Shown piece after piece: positions 18,901 to 25,588 of a DNA stretch of 32,000 nt. The stretch is from Zymomonas mobilis subsp. mobilis ATCC 10988. Its GTDB lineage: Bacteria; Pseudomonadota; Alphaproteobacteria; Sphingomonadales; Sphingomonadaceae. The notes beneath the pieces are model-generated. The model was not told the origin of the DNA and ran no database searches. It saw only the letters and a program-made list of their open reading frames with translations. A program made the translations under genes and the position numbers. The stretch covers positions 930,001-962,000 of the forward strand of contig NC_017262.1 in NCBI RefSeq assembly GCF_000175255.2. The letters are read 5' to 3'. How positions within the stretch are numbered: the first letter of the stretch is position 1; each line of letters starts with the position of its first letter.

Positions 18901-21900
18901 CCGATGACTATTGATACACCTTCGGCGCTTTCCGCGACTGTCTCGGCAGGTAGTGTCCATAATTTAGCCGGCAACCCGACGTTATCGGATGCAACCGATA
19001 GCGTGCCTTATGATAGTTCCGTAGCAACCAATCCGATTGTTACGATAACAAGCGATAGTGACGGTCAGACAGTTATTGGCCCTGTTACCTATAATTTCAA
19101 GTTATCGCAGGCTGTGAATGACTTTACGGCAGATAGTGTGACGGTCACAGGTGGTTCAAAAGGCCAGCTTGTCCAAGATTCCAGCGATCCGTTACTTTAC
19201 CACATGGTTGTCACGCCCGATGCCAATCAAACTGGTAATGTTACAGCAACGATACCATCTGGGCAGTTACATAATATTATTGGGCTTTCTAATCTTGGTA
19301 ATTCCACGGATAGTATTGCTTTTGATACCGCGCCCCCAACTATTGCCATTACAAGTACGGGGGACAATGATACTACTACTGAAGGAACAATTACTTATAC
19401 CTTCACTTTGTCGGAACCGCTCAAGAATTTTACAGCTGACGATATTAACGTCTATGGCGGGACAAAAGGACGCCTGATACAGGATAGTAGTAATCCACTA
19501 AGCTATTCTTTGGTCGTTACGCCTAACCAAAATTCAGGGGGGACGCTAGTTGTCAACATTCCTGCCGGTTCCGTGCAGGATGTGAATGGCAATCCTATGG
19601 TTGTTGATAGCACGCATGCGGTCGGATATATTATTCAGCCAAATGACGTCAGGGTTTTTAGTGATCAGGATGGATCGACGGCTACAGGTGATATTACTTA
19701 TTACGTCGTATTTAATAATTCTAACCCAGCCTTTTCGCCCAATGATTTAACTATTGAAAATGGGACACTGAAGAGCTTTGAGCGCACCAGCGGTAGCGCA
19801 GATGGGACGAATGCTGCTTATAAAATTATTGTTACTCCGGTTGCTGACAATGCCGGTATCAATAGTCTTTCTATAAGCCCCGATGTTACCAATGGGTCTG
19901 GTGTCATAACAGGGATGGTTGTGTTCGATACCCGTCAGTTGAATTTGCAAGATTATACGGATACGGGGGCTTCAGCGAATGATTATATTAGTCAGGATAA
20001 TAGTTTTACGCTGAATCTGGATAATGCCGCGAATGGGACTACGCCAAGTTATCAGATTTCTAAAGATAACGGCACAACCTGGACGGATACATCAGCGACA
20101 CAGAGTAATCTGCCCGATGGGCATTATCTCTATCGGGCAGTGCGGAATGACGTTCATGATATGCCGCTTTATTCAAATGTCATTGATCTAACTGTTGATA
20201 CAACCAAGCCGGATCTTATCAGTATTAATCCGACGAATGGTCAGACGGTTTCCGGTATTGCCGAAGCTGGCACGACCGTCAATTTGTTAAGCAATGATGG
20301 TCAAACGGTTTTAGGAACCGTCGTTGCAGATAGTAATAACCATTGGTCAATCAGTGGTTTGAATATCGCTGACGGCACCCCGATTAAAGCGACGGCAACC
20401 GATACAGCCGGAAATGTCAGTAGTGTCGTAACGACGCGTGTTGATGCAACGCCGCCGGCTGTAACGGTTGATAACAGTAATGGAACCACCATTACGGGAA
20501 CGACGGAAGCCGGCGCTGTCGTCAAAGTGGATACGAATGGCGACGGGGTGGCTGATTACACCGAAGTTGCGGGATCAGATGGTAAATGGTCGGTGAGACC
20601 AGATACGCCTTTGGCAAATGGCACTTCGGTTAGTGTCACCAGCACTGATCCGGTAGGGAATGTTTCAGCCGCGGCAACAACCGTTGTTGATAATGTCGCA
20701 CCGGTTGTAACGCTTACTACAGCCGATAATCAGACCTTGACTGGCACGGTTGATGATTCAACAGTCACTTCCGTAAAGGTCTTTGATAATACGGGTAATT
20801 TTGTTGGAACTGGGACGGTTACAAATGGCAGTTATAGTCTGACATTAGCCGATCCTGTTGCGCCCGGGACAGTTCTGACTGCAAAAGCAACCGACCCGGC
20901 AGGTAATGTTGGCAGTAGTTCGTCATTGACTATTGGTTCGGTCTCTTCCGACAGTGATAATAGCGCGCTGGCAACGCATCAGGCGGCAGTTACCGCGATT
21001 GCAACCGATACTTTGCCGACAAGTGCGGTTTCGACTGTCCAGAACAACGATTTTGACACCCGTGATCCTACCTTGACGGTATCTGGCACCTCCAATCTTG
21101 AGCCAGCGCAAGAGGCTGCAGCGGCTTCATTTATGGCCATACCGTTGGCGATGTCTTTGACATCATCCAATGCCTCCAGTTCGACCTTTAGTGATGTGTT
21201 GCAGATTTCGACTGATGGCCAGAATTGGTCAACCGTGACGCCATCTGCAAATGGGGCATGGACATGGACCGATCCAACCGCCCATGATAGCAATTTTACC
21301 TATTATCTGCGGACATTGGATAGTTCGGGTAAGGTCGTTTATACGACATCAAAAGATATCACGATTGATTTGATCGCGCCTTCTTCACTGGTCATGCCGA
21401 CATGGAATGACGCAGGCATTACCGTGACTAAGGATGCCGATGCGACCGTGGCATTGATCAATGATGTCAACCATGACGGCGTTTACGAGCAAGGTGTTGA
21501 TAAGGTTCTGGCCGTAGCTGATAATAGTGGCACCACGGCGACCTTATCTGCGACTTTGACCGCCGGACAGCATTATAATTTGGGTCTTGTCCAATATGAT
21601 GTTGCCGGAAATTATTCCCGATTGTCGAATACAGTTTCTTATACTGCACCGCCGACATCAGCTTTGAATACGGCCTTTCAGGCGAGTATTTTGCCACCGC
21701 AGGAAGTGCGGGATAGCGCCGGTATGGCCGTTGGATTTGATGCCTATGGCAATCTTAACATCCTTCAGCGATCTAGCCTGATAACCCAGTCGAATTCGAC
21801 AAATTACGCTTTGTCAGATGTGCAACAGCTGCCTTATTTGGTGCGCTATACCAATCAGAGCACGGATAGCCGGAATACAATCAATTCATCGACGATTGTT

Positions 21901-24108
21901 GATTATAATCGTGACGGATATTCAGATGTTTTAGCTTCTGATTATATTGATAGTGCGACAACGGGAGTGGCTGTTTGGACCGGATCACAATCTGGATATA
22001 GTCTGACCCGCGCAACCAGCAGTAATAATTCGGCTGGAGGTGTGATGGCCTATGACAAGGATGGCGATGGCTATGTTGACGCTGTTCTAGGTAACTGGGG
22101 TCCACAAAATGGGGCAACCAATGGGACTTTTATTAAAAATACCAATGGTGTGTTGTCTCAAGACGGAACCAATGGCACTGCCGGATTGCAGAATTTTCAG
22201 TTTGAGCGGGAAGTATCAGGCGTTGATTTAAAGGGTGATGGCAATATTGATGTTGCCGCCCATACGATTTCAAATAGCGCATCCAGCAACCAATATGCCT
22301 TGGCCTTGATTGACAATAACGGCGGCACGCTGTCGTTGGGTCAGAATATTGATAATGTCTTTAATAGTCGCGGTATTCCCACCGGCACTACAGGGCAAAA
22401 AGCCTTGCCGAGTGTCTGGGGGGCGCAATCCATGGTTTGGGCAGATTTTGCCAATAATGGCCATATGGATTTGTATTTGAGCCAAGGCGGGAATACGCCC
22501 AGTGGCAGCGATAATACAGATAGCCGGATCTATATGAATAACAATGGTGTGTTATCTAGCACGCCAACGATTATTGCCGATGACAATCTTGCCGGTGGCG
22601 CGGCCATTGCGACCGACTGGAATCACGATGGCAAAATGGACGTTATTGAAATCAGAACGGCCATTGAAAACAATGTCACCAATATTCCGGTAACCTTATT
22701 AACCAATAATGGGGTTAATAGTAACGGAACGCTTAATCCCTTTACTGTTTCAAATATGACGACCATACCACGTGCCAATATTACGGGTATTGCCGCCACT
22801 GATGTGAACTGGGATGGTGCGGTTGATCTGTTATATTCTACGGCTAGCGGTAGTGATACGCAGGCTGATAAAGCTGGAAAAACCACCGAAGGTAATATCT
22901 ATTCGATCATGAATACCAATGCGGTGGCTGATGGCACCAGCCTGCATTTGAAGATTCTGGATCAGAATGGGGTCAACAGCTATTTCGGCAACACCGTCCA
23001 GTTGTTTGACTCTGACGGTAATTTGGTTTCGACCCAGATTATCAATCCGCAAGAAGGTATGTGGAACAACGATTCCAGCGGGATCGTCAATTTCTATAAC
23101 CTTGATCCCAATCAGCATTATTCCGTTGCCCTTGTTCGGGCAACCGACGGCCATTCCAACGATATTGGTGGTCGGGACAGCTATGGTCAATTCTTCACTT
23201 TGTCTAGCGTGGAGGATTCTTCTTCAGTCAGTGATGGCAGTAGTGAAACGGGCGCGGCTTCGGCTTTAAATACAGTCGAGAATGTTGAAAAAAGCTGGAA
23301 TAATCTGACCCCAGGGGCAGCTAATCATGCCTATGTTCTGGAAGGAGATACCACCGCTAGCCATACGACTGGGGGCGTCTTTACCGGAACAGGCTATGAC
23401 GACACCTTCTTTGCCGGAGCGGGTAACAACAGCTATATCGGCGGCGGTGGCTGGGGCTATAATAGCGCTGGTGAATATGTCTGGATGTCGTCCGGCGGTC
23501 ATAACGTTGTCGATTACAGCGGTGAAAGCAGCGCGATTACCGTCAATATGGGCAATTCGGTCGGTATCGGCACTGTATCCGTTTCAAAAACGGATGGGCA
23601 TGATAGCTTGCAGTCTATTCAAGGTATTGTCGGCACCAATTACGACGATAGTTTTACCAGTGATGGTAAAGGTGACTATTTCGAAGGCGGTGGCGGTAAC
23701 GATACCTTCAATCTGGCCAAGGGCGGTCATGATACCCTGATGTATAAATTGCTGGATAACAGCGATAACACCGGCGGTAATGGCAGCGATACGGTCAATG
23801 ATTTCCATTTGGGTAATACGGTTAACAATCCCGATGCCGATATCATCAATATCAAGGATTTGTTGGCCGATTATCAGGGCACGGCGAATGTCTTTTATGA
23901 CGTGACCGAAAACAAATTTGTTATGGATAAAGCCTCTAGCGGTCTTGACCAATTTGTTTCTACCAGCGTCCATAATGGCAATACGACCATTTCCGTTGAT
24001 CGTGACGGTGCCAATGGCAATCATCAAATGACCGCTTTGGTTACCCTTGATAATACCCAGACCGATCTTGCGACCCTGATCGGTAACCATCAGTTGATTA
24101 TCGCCTGA
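15466..24108 (+). CDS. Giant (2880 aa) T1SS-secreted repeat adhesin, BapA/LapA-like
   Basis: The order of parts is an N-terminal retention (prefix-like) domain, a Gly/Ala hydrophobic linker and one Bap-type Ig domain, followed by twelve ~104-aa Ig-like repeats. Next come two YS.D.G..W-type Ig domains, three Bap-type Ig domains (GxAEAGxxVxV...ATDxAGNVS) and a 6-7 blade FG-GAP region. The C-terminus has Gly/Asp RTX-like repeats (GGGGNDTFN) and a T1SS target domain ending in DLATLIGNHQLIIA. T1SS genes follow immediately. Confidence 0.9.
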   Translation: MASSLTITKKRGNHKAFSTEENHISLQHPSVVQVNAYRSQVRSLSRQGDTLLVQLNDGRQYQFDNFFVDDDKHLHSDLVLRDEDQKEAWWHAEMPDASHPNLAGADVGYSQVETIKPLLIYHDNGLLVPLLAGLLGAGAAGGAAAALTGGHSHKDNNNNSDLSIPSVDSVTTDPTTGEVTVNGTAQPGQTVNVTFPDGTVAQTTADSKGDYHATSTTPQATGQIAVTSSDSSSNVSNPVTHDYTDITPAIVITSDAGNTVQAGPVTYTFTLSEASKDFTTASVTVTGGQKGELVQDSSNPLVYHMTVTPDAGKGGTITVVVPAGSVHDLSGSTTTADAVATPVAYDTTPAGNPVVTVTSDSDGQTATGPVTYSFKLSEPVSDLTSDSVTVTGGSKGALVQDSTDPLVYHMVVTPDGSKGGSITATIASGSLHDLAGNPTLSDATDTVAYDTTPAGNPVVTVTSDSDGQTATGPVTYSFKLSEPVSDLTADSVTVTGGSKGALVQDSTDPLVYHMVVTPDGSKGGSITATIASGSLHDLAGNPTLSDATDTVAYDTTPAGNPVVTVTSDSDGQTATGPVTYSFKLSEPVSDLTADSVTVTGGSKGALVQDTTDPLVYHMVVTPDGSKGGTVTATIASGSLHDLAGNPTLSDATDTVAYDTTPAGNPVVTVTSDSDGQTATGPVTYSFKLSEPVSDLTSDSVTVTGGSKGALVQDSTDPLVYHMVVTPDGSKGGTVTATIASGSLHDLAGNPTLSDATDTVAYDTTPAGNPVVTVTSDSDGQTATGPVTYSFKLSEPVSDLTADSVTVTGGSKGALVQDTTDPLVYHMVVTPETGTGGTVSVTVPKGAIHDLAGNPTLSDATDNVAYDMTPAGNPTLSVTSTHDGVAATNTPVTFGFIASEPLKGFSADNIEVTGGTKGELTSSPDHPLMYFLTVTPNPNSSGEISIKVPAGAVFDMAGNPNLSSVNDTVLYDTIPPTVTISDDSNGKTVNGAVHYTFTASEPLLAFAADNIEVTGGTKGDLVQDSSNPLVYHMTVTPNSASGGSIDVKIPAGSVHDLAGNPTASDVSDTVAYDTTNIDSPVVTITSDSDGKATAEPVTFKFTLSEPLSDFNADSVTVSGGTKGNLIQDTSNPLVYYMTVTPKVTVSPMTIDTPSALSATVSAGSVHNLAGNPTLSDATDSVPYDSSVATNPIVTITSDSDGQTVIGPVTYNFKLSQAVNDFTADSVTVTGGSKGQLVQDSSDPLLYHMVVTPDANQTGNVTATIPSGQLHNIIGLSNLGNSTDSIAFDTAPPTIAITSTGDNDTTTEGTITYTFTLSEPLKNFTADDINVYGGTKGRLIQDSSNPLSYSLVVTPNQNSGGTLVVNIPAGSVQDVNGNPMVVDSTHAVGYIIQPNDVRVFSDQDGSTATGDITYYVVFNNSNPAFSPNDLTIENGTLKSFERTSGSADGTNAAYKIIVTPVADNAGINSLSISPDVTNGSGVITGMVVFDTRQLNLQDYTDTGASANDYISQDNSFTLNLDNAANGTTPSYQISKDNGTTWTDTSATQSNLPDGHYLYRAVRNDVHDMPLYSNVIDLTVDTTKPDLISINPTNGQTVSGIAEAGTTVNLLSNDGQTVLGTVVADSNNHWSISGLNIADGTPIKATATDTAGNVSSVVTTRVDATPPAVTVDNSNGTTITGTTEAGAVVKVDTNGDGVADYTEVAGSDGKWSVRPDTPLANGTSVSVTSTDPVGNVSAAATTVVDNVAPVVTLTTADNQTLTGTVDDSTVTSVKVFDNTGNFVGTGTVTNGSYSLTLADPVAPGTVLTAKATDPAGNVGSSSSLTIGSVSSDSDNSALATHQAAVTAIATDTLPTSAVSTVQNNDFDTRDPTLTVSGTSNLEPAQEAAAASFMAIPLAMSLTSSNASSSTFSDVLQISTDGQNWSTVTPSANGAWTWTDPTAHDSNFTYYLRTLDSSGKVVYTTSKDITIDLIAPSSLVMPTWNDAGITVTKDADATVALINDVNHDGVYEQGVDKVLAVADNSGTTATLSATLTAGQHYNLGLVQYDVAGNYSRLSNTVSYTAPPTSALNTAFQASILPPQEVRDSAGMAVGFDAYGNLNILQRSSLITQSNSTNYALSDVQQLPYLVRYTNQSTDSRNTINSSTIVDYNRDGYSDVLASDYIDSATTGVAVWTGSQSGYSLTRATSSNNSAGGVMAYDKDGDGYVDAVLGNWGPQNGATNGTFIKNTNGVLSQDGTNGTAGLQNFQFEREVSGVDLKGDGNIDVAAHTISNSASSNQYALALIDNNGGTLSLGQNIDNVFNSRGIPTGTTGQKALPSVWGAQSMVWADFANNGHMDLYLSQGGNTPSGSDNTDSRIYMNNNGVLSSTPTIIADDNLAGGAAIATDWNHDGKMDVIEIRTAIENNVTNIPVTLLTNNGVNSNGTLNPFTVSNMTTIPRANITGIAATDVNWDGAVDLLYSTASGSDTQADKAGKTTEGNIYSIMNTNAVADGTSLHLKILDQNGVNSYFGNTVQLFDSDGNLVSTQIINPQEGMWNNDSSGIVNFYNLDPNQHYSVALVRATDGHSNDIGGRDSYGQFFTLSSVEDSSSVSDGSSETGAASALNTVENVEKSWNNLTPGAANHAYVLEGDTTASHTTGGVFTGTGYDDTFFAGAGNNSYIGGGGWGYNSAGEYVWMSSGGHNVVDYSGESSAITVNMGNSVGIGTVSVSKTDGHDSLQSIQGIVGTNYDDSFTSDGKGDYFEGGGGNDTFNLAKGGHDTLMYKLLDNSDNTGGNGSDTVNDFHLGNTVNNPDADIINIKDLLADYQGTANVFYDVTENKFVMDKASSGLDQFVSTSVHNGNTTISVDRDGANGNHQMTALVTLDNTQTDLATLIGNHQLIIA
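16186..19938 (+). repeat. Array of 12 tandem Ig-like domain repeats (101-111 aa each) within the adhesin gene
   Basis: Unit starts in my reading are ~16186, 16495, 16807, 17119, 17431, 17743, 18055, 18370, 18673, 19006, 19318 and 19624. The shared motif is YDT.P...V.ITSD.DG......VTY.F.LSEP...F.ADSVTVTGG.KG.L.QD.S.PL.Y...VTP. Confidence 0.9.
16495..18054 (+). repeat. Five consecutive 312-nt units, near-identical at nucleotide level from 16495 to about 17952
   Basis: The period is exactly 312 nt, with GCTTAT anchors at 16495, 16807, 17119, 17431 and 17743. My hand alignment of unit 1 against unit 2 finds about 12 differences in 312 nt, mostly synonymous. Confidence 0.95.
21735..22860 (+). other. 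FG-GAP / VCBS-type calcium-binding repeats (putative 6-7 blade beta-propeller) in the adhesin
   Basis: D-x-[DN]-x-D-G-x-x-D-like motifs occur at ~21901 (DYNRDGYSDVL), 22051 (YDKDGDGYVDAV), 22225 (DLKGDGNIDVA), 22444 (DFANNGHMDLY), 22614 (DWNHDGKMDVI) and 22801 (DVNWDGAVDLL). They are spaced 50-73 aa apart. A degenerate copy may lie at ~21735 (FDAYGNLNIL). Confidence 0.7.
23380..24105 (+). other. C-terminal RTX-like Gly/Asp repeats and T1SS secretion target domain of the adhesin
   Basis: There is one canonical nonapeptide, GGGGNDTFN. Degenerate copies are GTGYDDTFF, GAGNNSYIG and KGGHDTLMY. These are followed by GGNGSDTVNDFHLG...DADIINIKDLLADY, typical of adhesin-type T1SS C-terminal target domains. 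There is no Cys and the extreme C-terminus is hydrophobic. Confidence 0.75.
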
Positions 24109-24112
24109 TAAA

Positions 24113-25588
24113 ATGATCAAAAAATTGGCGCGGCGGGATGAAATATCCCGCCTGATGAGAAAGGTAATCTTTCTTGTGGCCGGTTGTTTTTCAGTACCTT
24201 TCGCGGCTTCTGCTGATGAATATGTGCCGAAAATGCCGACTATTGATAGCTTACCAAGCTTGAGTGATAGTTTAGGGTGTGATGACGAACCCGCTTATTT
24301 GCGTGATGAAGCTGCCCGTAACGCGGTAGTGGATGAGGGTTGGCTGACCTTGCATCAGGCCATTCATCGTGCCTTGGAAGGGCATCCTTCTATCACCGAT
24401 GCGATTGCCGCTTTGGGGCAGCAACAAAGCGGAATCGGTGTTGCCCATGCCGGATATTATCCTCAATTCAAGGCGGGGATGAGTGGAGGCCCTTGGACCT
24501 CGGCACGGGGCTTGGGCCCTTATATATCGGCTTCGGCTTCCCAGATGGTCTATGATTTCGGGAAGGTGTCCCATCAGGTCATGCAGGCCAAGGCTCTGGC
24601 AGCACGGCAACAGGCCAAAGTTTTGGGCAGTATTGACGAAGTTTCCAAAAATGTTGCCGAAGCGATTGTTAATGTTCACCGCTATCAGCAATTGATGATT
24701 GCAGCGGCGGATCTGTTTCAGGCGGTATCCGCGGTGAAAGAAATGGCAGAATTACGGGCAAAAGCCGGTATTTCGACCCGATCTGATCCTATTCAGGCGG
24801 AATCCCGTCTCGATCAGGCGAGAGCCAACATGATCGAAGCCCGTGCCATGTTAGAACAATCCAGAGAAAATTTGCGCAGTTTGATGAATGAAAACCGGCC
24901 TTTACCGGAAAATATCTGCATTGCAGAGCCACATGGATTGCCACCGTTTAGACCGGAAGCCCCCGTTGATGCTTCATTAAACCCTGATTTATTGCCCGCA
25001 GCATTAGAAGCCAAAGCCGAAGCGAAGGCGGCTGAAGCCCAATTGGGTATTGTGAAAGCCGGACGTTTCCCAACCATTTCTATCGACGGGAATTATGGTC
25101 GTTCATTGCGGGGAGCCATCTATCCGGCAGCACCGGATCGGCGTCAGGATTATGGTAGCGTTATTTTGAATGTTTCAACTCAGATGTTTCAGGGAACCGG
25201 TATTTTAAGTCAATTAAAAGCCGCCAGCCATGCTGTCGATGCCGCCCATGCGCGGCAACAAACCGCTTTATTGGAAGCCCATAACAAGCTCCGTTCGATT
25301 CATGCGGCGGCGATGGGTTCTATGGCAAGGATAGGTGTTCTGCAAAGTCGTTTGAAAACCATTATCGAAGCCCGTGATCTTTATCGCGATCAATATCGTT
25401 TGGGCTCTCGTTCTTTGGTCGATCTGCTGAATAGTGAGCAGGAAATTTATCAGGCGCGCACAGAAAATATCAATGCAAGGCATGATTTATGGGTGAGTGA
25501 AGCCGATCAGGTCGCCGCATCCGGTCGGGCAAGAGCCGTTTATGGCATTGACCACACCGTCGTTCAGGGATTGGAGATATTGCCATGA
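24113..25588 (+). CDS. TolC-family outer membrane channel of the T1SS
   Basis: The ORF is 491 aa, with two internally repeated coiled-coil/beta-barrel halves typical of outer membrane efflux proteins (YYPQF..., GRFPTISIDGNYG...). The signal peptide is MRKVIFLVAGCFSVPFAASA. The start is 4 nt after the adhesin stop, and an alternative start is ATG 24155. Confidence 0.88.
   Translation: MIKKLARRDEISRLMRKVIFLVAGCFSVPFAASADEYVPKMPTIDSLPSLSDSLGCDDEPAYLRDEAARNAVVDEGWLTLHQAIHRALEGHPSITDAIAALGQQQSGIGVAHAGYYPQFKAGMSGGPWTSARGLGPYISASASQMVYDFGKVSHQVMQAKALAARQQAKVLGSIDEVSKNVAEAIVNVHRYQQLMIAAADLFQAVSAVKEMAELRAKAGISTRSDPIQAESRLDQARANMIEARAMLEQSRENLRSLMNENRPLPENICIAEPHGLPPFRPEAPVDASLNPDLLPAALEAKAEAKAAEAQLGIVKAGRFPTISIDGNYGRSLRGAIYPAAPDRRQDYGSVILNVSTQMFQGTGILSQLKAASHAVDAAHARQQTALLEAHNKLRSIHAAAMGSMARIGVLQSRLKTIIEARDLYRDQYRLGSRSLVDLLNSEQEIYQARTENINARHDLWVSEADQVAASGRARAVYGIDHTVVQGLEILP

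Noticed and set aside
15466-24108. An RTX cytolysin or hemolysin interpretation of the giant protein
   Set aside because: There is no HlyC-type acyltransferase gene and no hydrophobic pore-forming domain. Only about one canonical nonapeptide is present. The bulk of the protein is Ig-like stalk repeats, which fits an adhesin rather than a toxin.
23584-24120. A 178-aa minus-strand ORF antisense to the RTX / secretion-signal end of the adhesin gene
   Set aside because: It is the mirror frame of a Gly/Asp/Asn-rich repeat region, giving Ile/Thr/Val-rich nonsense. It has no independent start context.
24155-24200. A lipobox-like VAGC in the TolC-family signal peptide, suggesting a NodT/OprM-type lipoprotein
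   Set aside because: The hydrophobic core before the Cys would be only ~7 residues. A standard signal-peptidase I site (AASA/DE) follows a longer hydrophobic region. T1SS channels are normally non-lipidated. The question remains unresolved, and I have not annotated the protein as a lipoprotein.
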